Below, piece after piece: positions 23,425 to 39,002 of a stretch of 64,000 bases of DNA (its first letter is position 1; each line of letters opens with the position of its first letter). This DNA is from the human T2T-CHM13v2.0 reference genome, Homo sapiens. The translations under genes and the position numbers were made by a program. The stretch lies in the NCBI RefSeq assembly GCF_009914755.1, contig NC_060947.1; one strand, written 5' to 3'. Below the pieces are notes generated by a model, which did no database searches, was not told the DNA's origin, and saw nothing but the letters and a program-made list of their open reading frames with translations.

Positions 23425-23907
23425 TGTTAGCAGTGGAGAATCCATATCCGTGTCACACGGCACCAAAATATCTTCCGGCAATGAACCTGTACGGGTCTGC
23501 AGCAACCTCAATTACTGCCTCCTCAGAAGAAAAAATTGGACTGAGAGGCATAAGGCAGAAGGAGAGATGGAGGCAAGTTTTAGAGCAGGAATGAAAGTTT
23601 ATTTAAAAAGTTTAGAGCAGGAATGAAATGAAGTATACTTGGAAGAAAGCCAAGCAGTCGACCTGAAAAGCAAGTGCACGGTTTGACCTTTTGACTTGGG
23701 GTTTTATAGGTTGGCATACTTCTGGGGTCTTGCGTTACTCCTCCCAACTCCTGAGATCTTATCGGGAAGCTGCTGATCACCATTATTTTAGAGAGACAGT
23801 TAACCACCGCCTGACTATCACCTGATGGTTGCCTGACACTCCTGGTATGTGGGTCGGGGGAGCCCTCTCCTGCCCTGCTCATACCAGACTAGCTACCCAC
23901 TGTAACA
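23425..23907 (-). mobile_element. ERV1-class solo LTR (MER50/MER87-like)
   Basis: TGTTA...TAACA termini; minus strand starts TGTTACAGTGGGTAGCTAGTC...GAGCAGGGCAGGAGAGGG; AATAAA near its 3' part; ctat/gtat flanks. Confidence 0.75.
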
Positions 23908-24209
23908 GTATCACACTGATGTCCATCTGCTCCTCCTTGGTGATGTTAATTTCCATCCCCTAGTCAAGGAGTTGTCTGTTCTTTCCACTGTATAATTGCT
24001 GTTTTTCCTTCCTGCCTTGCAATAAATAAGCGATCTGTGAGAAGACACTTTTACACATTGAAATGTCCTGCTCATCAAAATTGCCTCATATATTTAGTAT
24101 CTATTGATGACTCTATTTTTTTTTTTTTTTTTTTGCCTTAAGTGATCTTCCTGCCTCAGCTTTCCTAAGTGCTGGGATTACAGGCATGAGCCACCATGCC
24201 TGGCCAAAA

Positions 24210-25060
24210 TATATATATATTTAATTATCATGGATACATAATAGTTGTATATATTTGTAGGCAACATGTGATATTTTGATATAAGCATACAATGTGTAAT
24301 GATCACATCAGGGTAATTGGGATATGCATCACCTTAAGCATTTATTATTTGTGTTAGAAACATTCCAGTTCCAGCTGGGTGCCGTGGCTCACGCCTGTAA
24401 TCCCAGCACTTTGGGAGGCCAAGGCGGGTGGATCACTTGAGGTCAGGAGTTTGAGACCAGCCTGGCTAATATGGTGAAACTCCATCTCTACTAAAAATAC
24501 AAAAATTAGCTGGGCATGGTGGTGCATGCCTGTAATCCCAGCTACTCCAACAGCTGAGGCAGGAGAATCACTGGAACCTGGAAGGCGGAGGTTGCAGTGA
24601 GCCAAGATTGCCACTGCACTCTAGCCTGGGCGACAAGGGGAGACTCCGTCTCAAAAAAAAAAAGAAAAGAAAAAAAAAAGAAACATTCCAGTTCCACTCT
24701 TTCCTTTTGAATGGATAAAGGAAACATGGTGCATATACACAATGGACTATTATTCAGCCATAAAAATAATGAAATCCTGTCATTTGCAACAACATGGATA
24801 GAAACTGGAGGACTTATGTGAAGTCAAATAAGCCAGGCACAGAAAGACAAATATCACATGGTCTCACTCATATGTGAGAGCTAAAAAAAAAACACACACA
24901 CACAAAACCTGAATTCATGGAGCTAGAGTAGCATGGTTACGAGGCTGGGAAGGGTGGTGGGGAGGGGCGGGTAAGGAGGAGATGATTAATGGGTACAAAA
25001 ATAGGTTGATACATGGAGTAAGACCTAGTGTTCCATAGCATAATAGGGTGACTATAATTC
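24210..25060. mobile_element. L1MA 3' fragment with 5' inversion, interrupted by an AluS (24372-24680)
   Basis: Minus-strand L1MA 3' end to ~24700, then plus-strand upstream L1 segment; Alu TSD agaaacattccagttcca. Confidence 0.7.
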
Positions 25061-25548
25061 ACCTCCAAGCCTCTTAGTGAAAAGGAAAATTACAAGACCT
25101 CTGTTCTCGAAATGCTAAGAATTTGAAGTGGAAAAAGGTGAACTAAAGTATTGGTAGAAATGCCCATACGGAAAAATAGGTAGAATGTGGATCAATGGCA
25201 GGGAGGGAAGAGGCTGGGGAGGTGAATGAATACGCCAAGGCTTGGGGTCAGAAGGAAGCCCACCGAGGGTGGCCAATGACACGTCTTCTCACATAGCACC
25301 TGGCCCAGAGCAGATGCACAGAGCCTGATGGTTCATCCCTGCATCTTCAGGAAACCATGAAACAAAGGTCTCCTGGGAGAGCTGCTGGGAGACAAGGTTG
25401 GGTAGTAGAAAACCTGAAGGGCAGCCCACCTCCCCACCTTTCTCTTCAAGCAGTTCATAAGCCAGGTGCTAGAATTTGAACTTTTTTTTTTTTTTTTCTG
25501 TGGGTACCAGGAAGCCACTATAAGATTTTGCTTAAGAAGGTGGCTTTT

Positions 25549-25661
25549 GGTAGCCACAGTGGCTCAGGCCGGTTGTCTTGGCGCACACGGAGGTGAGGCT
25601 ACACATTCGAGGCCAACCTGGTCAACGTTGACCAAAAAAAAAAAAAAAAAAAAAAAAAAAA
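25549..25661 (+). mobile_element. snaR-lineage (CAS/ASR-like) retroposed small Pol III RNA copy with A28 tail and TSD
   Basis: GTGGCTCAGGCCGGTTG and TTCGAGGCCAACCTGGTC match snaR as recalled rather than Alu; ~85-nt body; flanks AAGAAGGTGGCTTTT / AAGAAGCTGGCCCTT. Confidence 0.75.
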
Positions 25662-26304
25662 GAAGCTGGCCCTTTAGCCATTCAGCAAGTATCTTTCTTT
25701 CTTAGTTCTGAGTCAGGCACTGATCTAGATAGAGGGGGAGAGATAGACAGGTCCTTATTTGACGTGCTTAATCTTAAGCAGGGGTGTGTTTGGGTATTCT
25801 GGGAACCCAGAGGAGGGGCAGCTAACTCAGCGAGGCTAGGTTGGGAAGGCCACCAATCTGAGTCTTGTTTATCCAGATGGTCACCTGAGTTGTTGACACC
25901 TTTTGGCTATTGTGAATAATGCTGCAATTAAAGTTGCCATACAAGTGTCTGAGTCCCTGTCTTCGATTCTTTGGGGGAACACACCCATGAGAGGAATCGC
26001 TGGGCCACATGGTAATCCTATGTTTAGCTTTTTGAACATTATTTTGGGAACTTTTTTTCACCATAGTTGTTAAGAGACTATTAAGTTAGTGGCATTGTGT
26101 TCCCTGCAATCACTTGCAGAAACTGTCATCAGGGAGAACTCAACATTAAAGTCTATTTCTTCTTTACTAAATATTATAATGAGTATCATTAGAAGGGATT
26201 AGAATTTGGGATGAGAATTTACATTAGAAAATTATTTGTAAAGTTCTATCTACTTTTTAACATCTTAAATGATGTGTACATCAAAACAAACAAAACCCTT
26301 AAAT

Positions 26305-26647
<343 letters not shown>

Positions 26648-26825
26648 TAAGGCCGGACAAGGTGGCCTTAAAAATGTAATAAAGTATAATCTCAACTACC
26701 AAAACAATAAAGCCCAGAAAAAAGACTAATGAGAAAATACCAAAATGTTAGTCTGCACTAAATATTTATGAGCAGTGGGATTATAGACAAATTTTTCTCC
26801 CTTTTACATACTATTCTATCTACTT

Positions 26826-27196
26826 TGTCAAGGACAAAAATTCAACAAACTGAGTTTCAAAGATCTGATTGGCTTTTATTAGTGATTCATGAACCAGGCA
26901 GCATCCAATCTACAAATTAGAAAGGAGCTCCAATGAGCTAAACAAAGTGGGTGAGTTTTATAGGCAGAAAAAAGTGGAGGAAAGCAGGAACAAGGAACAA
27001 ATAGAGAACTGGCCATTTCAAGGTTACTTTCCTCACAGGGATATAAGTGAAATCTTGCTGGCTTAATGGAATTTGGCTACTGTCTCTTCTGATTTGTTGG
27101 AAGGTCACATCTTCCAAATAAACAACTTAGGTTTCTGTTTGGTGATATGGAACCTTAGCATGAGTGACACCATTTTGGGCCTGTTGTCTTTTAACA
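26826..27196 (-). mobile_element. ERV1-class solo LTR with 4-bp TSD ACTT
   Basis: TGT...ACA termini, exact ACTT on both sides, AATAAA on minus strand; family not resolved. Confidence 0.7.
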
Positions 27197-27255
27197 ACTT
27201 TTGATCAGGAAAAAAAAGTTGTTTTTCTTTTTAAAAAGAAAAGCAGTAAGATGAA

Positions 27256-27547
27256 TTTTTTTTTTTTTTTTTGAGATAGGGTCTCACTCTGTCACCCAGG
27301 CTGTCACAGCTCACTGCAGCCTTGATCTCCCAGGCTCAAGAGATCCTCCCACCTCAGCCTCCCAAATAGGTGGGACTACAGGTGCACGCCCCTACACCCA
27401 GCTAATATTTGTATTTTTTGTAGAGATGGAGTTTCACCATGTTGCCCAGGCTGGTCTCAAACTCCTGAGCTCAAACAATCTACCCACCTCAGCCTCCTTA
27501 AGTGTTGGCATTACACCGTGCCTGGCCAAATTTAATTTTTTATATAT
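27256..27547 (-). mobile_element. AluJ-like SINE
   Basis: Reverse Alu. Confidence 0.88.
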
Positions 27548-27779
27548 TATTGTTAAATATTACAAATCAATAATTTGTACTTAAAACTCAACACAATACA
27601 TACTTAAAATAAGCCTACCTACTTTTTATGATGTGGGAGGAATGGCCGGGAATAAAACCCCAATGGACTATAGTGAAGTAGCCAGCCTATAACGTAAAAG
27701 CTTGTTTACCTGGATTTTGGTAGCAGATATATAATGGATAGGATGAAATGTTCTTACCACTGTTTTAAAAAAGAAAGAC

Positions 27780-27785
27780 TTTATT
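27780..27785 (-). terminator. Candidate distal poly(A) signal of BCLAF3
   Basis: AATAAA on minus strand followed by T/GT-rich sequence; spacing from SH3KBP1 agrees with my recollection of the annotated gene end. Confidence 0.55.
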
Positions 27786-27878
27786 TTATAAAAATGATAC
27801 AACATTCATTATATTTGATAGATACAGAAGAGTACAGTCACTCATAATCCCACCATTTAAAAAAATCAACAGTGTTAA

Positions 27879-28289
<411 letters not shown>

Positions 28290-28401
28290 TAGATTTAACT
28301 TTATTTGAATGCAATAGAAAAAAAATTAGGCATTAAATTGAAGGGGCTGCTGAACTTCAGATAAATGTTTCTTCATTGGTTCCTAAAAGGGATAAATAAG
28401 C

Positions 28402-28590
28402 CAGTTATTCTCAAACTCAAGTATGTGCCAGAATCCCCTGGAGGACTTGTTAAATCACAGATTGCTTGGCCCCACCCCCAGGGTTTCTGATTCAGGAGGT
28501 CTGGGGTGGGGCCAAGAATCTGCATTTTTAACAAGTTCTCAGGTGATGCTGATGTTGCTGGTCTGGGACCACACTTTGAGAACCACTGTA
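28402..28590. mobile_element. MER5A DNA transposon
   Basis: cagttattctcaaact...cacactttgagaaccactg terminal inverted repeats. Confidence 0.85.
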
Positions 28591-31181
28591 TTAAGGTCAA
28601 GGAAAAAAAAGATTGTGGAAAAACTTAAGGTTGGTCACTAGCGTTTTTCCCCATATTATAATTTTAAGACATGACGTGACATGACACCTGGCCATGAATG
28701 ATGAGACGGTTAGTTCTTAAGTCTTTATCCCACTTTACCTCCTCCATGTCTGAATTTGTCAATGTACATTAATTTTTCTTTGTCAAGATTTATAACATTT
28801 ACATACTATTCTACATCTATGATTCCTCAGTTCTTAAATGTTCATTCTGTATTTTAATGGACTCAGAGCTCATAATCATCCTATTTGACGGAACTTTGTT
28901 GGGGAACCTGGTATCCCCTCTCTTCTAGGTTCCCATTAAATGTCCAGAACCAGAACTCACTAGACACAGTCAAAGGTGTCTCTGACTTCTGCAGGATTTG
29001 GCTTTCCCAGGCTGCTCTGAGACCTGGGAAATGCCTAGTCCTGGTGAATCTTACCCCTTCTGCTGAGGTCCTGAGATGGAAGCAAAGACTTCGTTGTCCC
29101 AAGAGTTTTCCTTGACTCTCCTCCACGTGGCCTGGTCACCTCGTCAGTGCCTTTGTCCATACTGGGGCCCACTGTTACCAATATTTTTGTCATCTCCATT
29201 GTTTTACTCAGTGCTACTTCTGGGGATGGGCGAGGGATGAAGTCATACCACACCTTGTTGCATCAGCTTCTTCTTCCTTCCTTGCTTGGTTGTTCCTGGT
29301 GAATTTGTGCCTGGTGGTTACTGAATTTGCTGGGTAATAAAGACAATAAGAGTTTCTCATCCAGCTTTACTTTTCTTGCTTCTGCCTGGAAGTATCCCCG
29401 TCTTTTTTTTAAAAAAAAAACTATTCAAAAATGTAGGATTTATTAGGTAAAATGTGGTACATAGTATACATCTACATAAATTGTTACACATAAATGTAGC
29501 GAGTTTTTTTCCAATAGAAAAAAATGAAAATGTATCATCTAAAATATTTATAATAGTGTTCTCTGTGATAAGACTATGGGCAATTCTTCAAATTGAAATT
29601 TATGTTGAAGTAACTCTAGATTCACATGCAGCTATAAAAGAAATAATACAGAGAGATCCCGCGTACAATTTACCCAGTTTCCCCCAATGCATCAATTTTT
29701 AAAACCAGTAAAACCACCAACAGAATAGTGCCTTCTGAGGTTGGTGAAACCAATAGGAAAGAAACATGACGAGGGGATGCTGAATCAGAAATGTCAACTT
29801 TCCTCTCAACCTTTTGTATATATGTCCACTAAAGTACTTACTCTACATTGTGATTCTTTGTTTTTGTGAATCTCTTCTTCAGCAGTGCATGAGCTTCCTC
29901 ACAGCAGGGACTGTGTCTTATTATCTTTGTCTTCCCAGTACCAGCGAAGGGCCTAGCACGTAGTGGAGGAAGGTGAGGAGGCAATGGTAGGGGACTTATC
30001 AAAAAAAAGAAAAAAAAAAAAAACTTCTCTTCTCAAGTCTTATGCATTCAAGAAGTCAAATTCTTTCCAGTCAATAAAAAATGCTATGGATAACCTTTTG
30101 TTCAATCTCCATATGAAAATTACACATGTAGTTCCTAATAAACATATTCTATTATTCCCTATTTATTCATTCATTATTCAACTAATATTTAATGAACTCT
30201 TACCACACGTCAAATAGGAAGCTGGGTGCTGGGGATACTATGGTGGACAAGACAGACACGGTCCCTGTCCTTATTTTATACTCTAAATTATAAAGTTGGT
30301 TTTTCCTTTTAGGCTTTAGATCTTATACACACAATGTTTTCTGCACAGGTATTTTGCAGATAACACGCTTTGCATATTGAGACAGTGCCAAAAGAATATC
30401 CAAATAGGGAATCAGTTGTGGAATGAATAATAGTAAATCAGCCATCTTACCTTTATGTGTTACAATAAATAAAAAGCGAGCTATAAAGGCGATTTACCAA
30501 GTTATATTTCTGTTTAATGTCCATTTTTCCTATTAGACTCTTCGTACCATAAAGGCAGGGTCCATGTGTCTTGTCTTCTTGTTCATTGCTGTAATTTTAG
30601 TACAGTATCTGTGCAATACATAGTTGTCAATCAAATGATTAAATATTCAAAGCTCATTACTGTCCCCTAGAATATGGGAGTAAATGAAATCAATTATTTT
30701 AAAATTTAAGACAGATTTTATAAGTACCTAACACAATATAAAGTTGCCATACTACCTGTGTGCATGCATTTCTTTCTTACCATAAGTGGAATGCTAAATA
30801 TGTTTGGAAAACCTGACCTATAGAGATTGTACACAGTACAAGACAGGCCATCTACCCAAATTTATTACCTGCTTAGCAATGAATCAAGTGCACTTGCCCC
30901 CCTTATCATGAACTCACTTAAGGAAAAGGCTGCCCTCTCTTTTAAAGATATGGACAAGAAAACTGAATGTACTAAGATTTTTCACATCCAGTCATGAAAA
31001 ACCAAGTTCTTATCAACCTTCACATTTTAATTTTGAAAGCTCTGTCTTTGTAAGCACAGAACAGTGCTTTAAACACTGTTTAAACAGAGGTGCTATCCAA
31101 GGCTATAAGTCTCAAACAAAATTAAAATAATGCTCTCACAAACTGGCAAGTAACTTATTTAAGCAGAAAGAGCAACAACAT

Positions 31182-31192
31182 TTTATTTTATT
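31182..31192 (-). terminator. Candidate proximal poly(A) signal of BCLAF3 (two overlapping AATAAA)
   Basis: Minus strand AATAAAATAAA ~1.0 kb after the stop codon, followed by TG/T-rich sequence. Confidence 0.65.
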
Positions 31193-32207
31193 ACAAATAA
31201 ACATTTCACAAAAATGTAATTGGGAATGTATATGTACTGTTAAGCAGAACACAGAAAACATAAAGAAATAAGGTATTGGGGCCTAAAAATTTCATTTAAA
31301 AATCCCATCCATTTGCTCTTACACATAGTAGGTATGCAATACATATCAACTGAACTAAAAGTAAACACTCTATAAGATGTGCTTGCAAAATGTGTAATGC
31401 TGTAGTAGTAAAGTACAATTTTCAAATATGAGATTTTGTTTGTCAGATTTTTAAAAAGCCTTTAAAAATATGATATGCACAAGCTTGCCCTGAGGGAAAA
31501 ATAAGATGGACTATAGATTACAAAATCTTTACATATTTTCCACAATAGCATTTTGAAATTGGAAAAGAGCAAATAGTTGTGGAAAAAAACTGAATGAACA
31601 TATTACTAAAAATTCAGTGCACTCACAACTACCTGATGGAATATTTGAAGCACCTTGTCTCTTGCCTTCTTATAATATGAAATGTATGAATTATATAGGC
31701 CTTGATCTTCAGAAACTTAAGAAAACTTCGAGTTATAAGCCAAAATGTCATCAGAAAAAGAAAAATCTGGTATAAAATTTTCTACCATAAGGCCACTGTT
31801 TAAAGTTCTTTCATGTAAAGACACTATACAATTCAGACACTTGTTTTTGTTTTTATTATGTAAGCAAAACTTTCAACATATAAACGTCTGAATATTACTT
31901 GGTGAAGTTCTCTCTATGAAACCATGCTCAGAGAAAAATGCATCAACAAATAATGCCCTTCAAGTGATTCTTTTGAGACTTTTTGCAAAGGAAACTGTAG
32001 TTAATACAACTTTTAAATTGAATACTGTAATTTAAAAGCAATTGTTAGGTGTAAAAAAGTTGCAGCATTCCACTACTAAAAAATAAAGTTATTTTATCAA
32101 GAAGTTACAGTATTAGTGCCTTAGTGTCACTTCTAACTCCTGACAAAAAGAGAGAGATGCTCCCAAACATCCTCCTGTAGCGTCATTTCCATTTGTACGA
32201 TTTCAGA

Positions 32208-32237
32208 TTAGATTCCTGTGGCAACATCTGTATATTC
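32208..32237 (-). CDS. BCLAF3: BCLAF3 last coding exon: EYTDVATGI*
   Basis: Polypyrimidine tract + tag acceptor (tttctcttgttttctctcaatag|GAA), phase 0, TAA stop, AT-rich 3'UTR follows. Confidence 0.85.
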   Translation of the reverse strand, partial: EYTDVATGI

Positions 32238-33418
32238 CTATTGAGAGAAAACAAGAGAAATAAAGACTTCAAACAAAGTGTCAAACATCTGAGCTAGTTT
32301 TGTTTACACTGCAATTTTCAAAGTATTTTCGTTTATACAGTGTTACTTGCACCCCGAGATTCCCACGAAGGCATGTGGAACCCCAAAGGCGCAAAGTAAC
32401 AACAGAACACATCAAAGCAATATCGCATGATAAATCAATAGGACAAAGAAAACATGTGGTGCTAGATAACATTGATATTAGTAAATTGATGAAAACAGTC
32501 TTCTGCTATTTGGGTGAGTTTCAGTGAAGGCATCCCTGGCATAAAATCAAGACTCTTAAACCTTTGGCTCTCAAGTACGGAGCCTGACACTACACACGCA
32601 CACCTCAAATTAGTATTTTATCTTTTCCACCCTATATCTCTAATTCTAAAACTACATGGGCTCTTTTAACTGACTGATAACTGCAGAGAAAGTTATTAGA
32701 GGGGGAAATGCCTTCTTACTTTTGGATGGTTGACTACAGTATAAAAAGGTGTAAGGCTTCAATAAATACAGGAAGAAGAATTTACAAGAACAATGAGACT
32801 ATGATTAGAGAATAATGAACGTGGATTCTATACTGTGATACTATGCACAATATTCAATTACTAACCACAAACTGGACATAAGACCATGCAAGTAATAACG
32901 GAGCAAACATGGTAAAATGGCACATTTTTTAGGGACATTAAAAAATAAAAATTTATTAATATACATATCCTTACCTTTCACTAGGATCTTACACTATTAA
33001 AACTGAAAGAAATGTAAAAGTTGATTTATTTTTTGGCATTTATATTAGTATGGAAATGTTTAATTCCAAACAAAAACAGTGCTGATAGAAAATTCTTATT
33101 CTTCTATTTTGGTTAATGAAATCTTCAAAATACATGCACGTATATATTTGTCAACATCATTCCTTTAAATAGAGGTAGACTTCATTGTATCCTAGTTCTT
33201 TACTCATTATACAATATAAAAATCATATAAATTTATCTTCAAATAAAATGTTACCTACTTACAACTTTAAAAGGAAATTCTAACTACAATAATTCTAAAA
33301 TAAGATTCAGTTGAAGTATCTTGTTAAATGTGTGATTATTTTGAGTTACATTCACCCTTGACATAGCTTCTTTCATAACCTATCTCCACTTGATCCCTCC
33401 ACCCTTCCAATGATTTAA

Positions 33419-33743
<325 letters not shown>

Positions 33744-34248
33744 ATAAAAGCCCATTTTAAGCAGAATGCTGAACTAGATATATGAGCACTTCTTATCTAG
33801 GTTTTCATAACATGTCATCTGGGTCACCACACGTTCCCTTGTTGGTCTTCCTGCACCTCATTTCTTCTCCCCAGAACCTCCCCACCCACTGCTAACTACA
33901 TAGCCATCCTAAAGTACCACTTTCTCCTCAGTCTAGGAAGATGTTCTAGTGCCACCACATCAAACCCTAAATATCCTCCTGCCCAGCTTTTGGGGCCATC
34001 TATAATTTGCACACCTCCATTTCTCCCCAACCTCACATCCTCCTGCCAAACATGGGTCTTTGGCTTTAGCCCTTTCTATGTCTTGCTCTTCTCCAGGCCT
34101 CAGCTTATAATCTACCTCCTGTAAGAAGAGTGTATCAATGGAAGTACTTAGCATGTATCTCCTGACCATTCCTACCATATTGATTTTCTCTTCCCTTTAG
34201 GCATTAACCATCTGTGAAGTTAAGCTCTTAAAAAATATGATTGTTTGC

Positions 34249-35300
<1,052 letters not shown>

Positions 35301-35405
35301 ATGGCTTTTGTTCACTAACATTTTAGAGCATATGGATGGATGTGTGTGTGTGTGTGCATGAATAAATTCAACTCCATTCAATAAGCATTTTCTGAAGACT
35401 GACTA

Positions 35406-35744
<339 letters not shown>

Positions 35745-36342
35745 TTAGCGAGGCACCCTCAAGAATTTGATAATCTATTTGGGGAAATACAAAGGCAAAT
35801 GACAATAATTAGAGACTAAATGAAACACAAGTTATAGTGGGGGCTTTGATATGATTTACAGTGGGTCCTAAAAGGAAAGTAGGGTTTAATAAGAAAAGAA
35901 TGGGGCTCAGGAGGCTATTTCTAGCTAAGAGAACAGTAGGAACAAAGGTACAAATACATGAAAATACAGTATGCTCCAAAAAGCAGAGAGTCTATGGGGA
36001 AATGCAGCTAGTAAGATAGCTTAGGGTTAGACCTGGCTAACAAGTTTGGTCTCTTTTCTTGTAGGCAATAAAATACTTGGAAGGTGTTTGTGCAAGAGGG
36101 GTATGATATGATCTGTGTTTCAGGACAATGACTGTGATCAAAGAGACTAAATTAGAATATCACAAGAAGCAATGAAACAAGCGAGAAGACTCCAAAGCTT
36201 CCAAAAACAGATCAGGGATACATAAGAATGCAGAATATAGTAAAAGCAGCATTTTCAATTAGCAGGGAAAGGACAAATTTTCAATAAACAGTGTTAAAAA
36301 ACTATTTATTGGGGAAAAAAGTTAGATCCTGACTTTACACTA

Positions 36343-37086
<744 letters not shown>

Positions 37087-37485
37087 ACAAAATCAAGCTA
37101 TCAGTGATAGAACATTCAAAATACTTTTTGATAATAGATTAGTACATGATTTGTTTGGCCTAAAATTCAGAGTGAGTCCAGAGAACTGAGTGGCATTCCT
37201 ATAAATAGAAGTCCCTTCATTCCCATCTATGTAATCATATAAATAGGGTTTCTCAGCACTTATATCTATAAAAAGAAAAAAAATAGAATACTTGAATACT
37301 ATATTATTCTACTAGCAACAGTATATATGAATACATAAACTAATTAAAAAAATGCATTTGCAGTAAGACTTCTTTTGTTTCATCAATACTTCAACTGTAA
37401 TATTAACTCAATCCAGAGGAAATATTTAACACTTAATAGTCACAGAAATCTAATAACATTATGCACCAAATAGATTTGGTGATCA

Positions 37486-37811
<326 letters not shown>

Positions 37812-38354
37812 TTATATGGAGAAAGTGGAATGAAGTCCAAATTCAAGGCAAAAAAAGGAACAATGCAAAATTTCTCACTGTTAAAAGAATTTGTGTATTA
37901 AAAAAAATTGATGGTATTAGTTATCGAGTTCCTGTGGTATGTAGGTTCCTCCAAAGAGATTTAAAAATATAATGCAACAGTTTTAAGACTGTCAGTGTTT
38001 ATAATATGCCAGAAATTGTATCCTATACAATAATTTACGATAAAAATATTAGATAACCTACCAATGTGCAAGAAGGTAGATAACTTTTCAAAACTTTACA
38101 GTATGGAGCAAAAAGGTTGAAGACCACTGAAATAATTCATATATCCACAGAGTGGAATAATATGCAGCCATTAAAATGGATGAAACAAATGTAGTAATGA
38201 ATGAGTGATGGAAATGAGAAGACTTGAAACCATTAAAGTTGGAAAGAGAACTGGGAGAATTAGTAGGACACGTTTCCAGCTTGGCTTGTCTAGCTTTGAG
38301 AGCTAGGGGACCTGAGGGAAAACAAGTGGTTGGGGGAGGACAGCAAGTCTGACA

Positions 38355-39002
38355 TAATTTTTAACAGCTTTACTGAGATGTAATCCATAGACTATACAGT
38401 TCACCCATTTCAAGTGTATAATTCAGTAGCTTTTTAGTATATTCACAGAGTTGTGCAACCATCAATCACCACAATCAGCTTTAGAATATTTTTCTTCCCC
38501 TAAAAAGAAATCCCATACCCATTAGCAATAACCCATACCTGCTCTCAATTTTCCCCTCATCCCCGAGTCACTGGCAACCACTAATTTACTTTATGTCCCT
38601 ACAGATTTGCCCATTTTGGACGTTTCATATAAACTGAATCATACAATATGTGGTCTTTTGTGTCTGGCTTCTGTCACTTAGCATCATATTTTTAAGGGTC
38701 TTTCATGCTGTAGCATGTTTCAATGCAAGTTTGATTATTTATTTATTTATTTTTTTTTTTTTTGAGACAGAATCTCACTCTGTCACCCAGGCTGGAGTCC
38801 TGTGATGTGATCTCGTCTCACTGCTACCTCCACCTCCTGGGTTCAAGCAAATCTCATGCCTCAGCCTCCTGAGAAGCTGGGATTGTAGAGATAGGGTTTC
38901 ACCATGTTGGCCAGGCTGGTCTCGAACTCCTGAGCTCAGGTGATCCGCCTGCCTCGGCCTCCCAAAGCGCTGGGATTACAGGCGTGAGCCACCGCACCCA
39001 GC
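38355..39002 (-). mobile_element. L1MB 3' end plus internally deleted Alu (38745-39002)
   Basis: L1M 3'UTR motifs; Alu lacks the linker region. Confidence 0.8.

Noticed and set aside
23575-23627. Direct repeat of tttagagcaggaatgaaa
   Set aside because: Lies within an LTR; short internal duplication with no array structure (not CRISPR-like)
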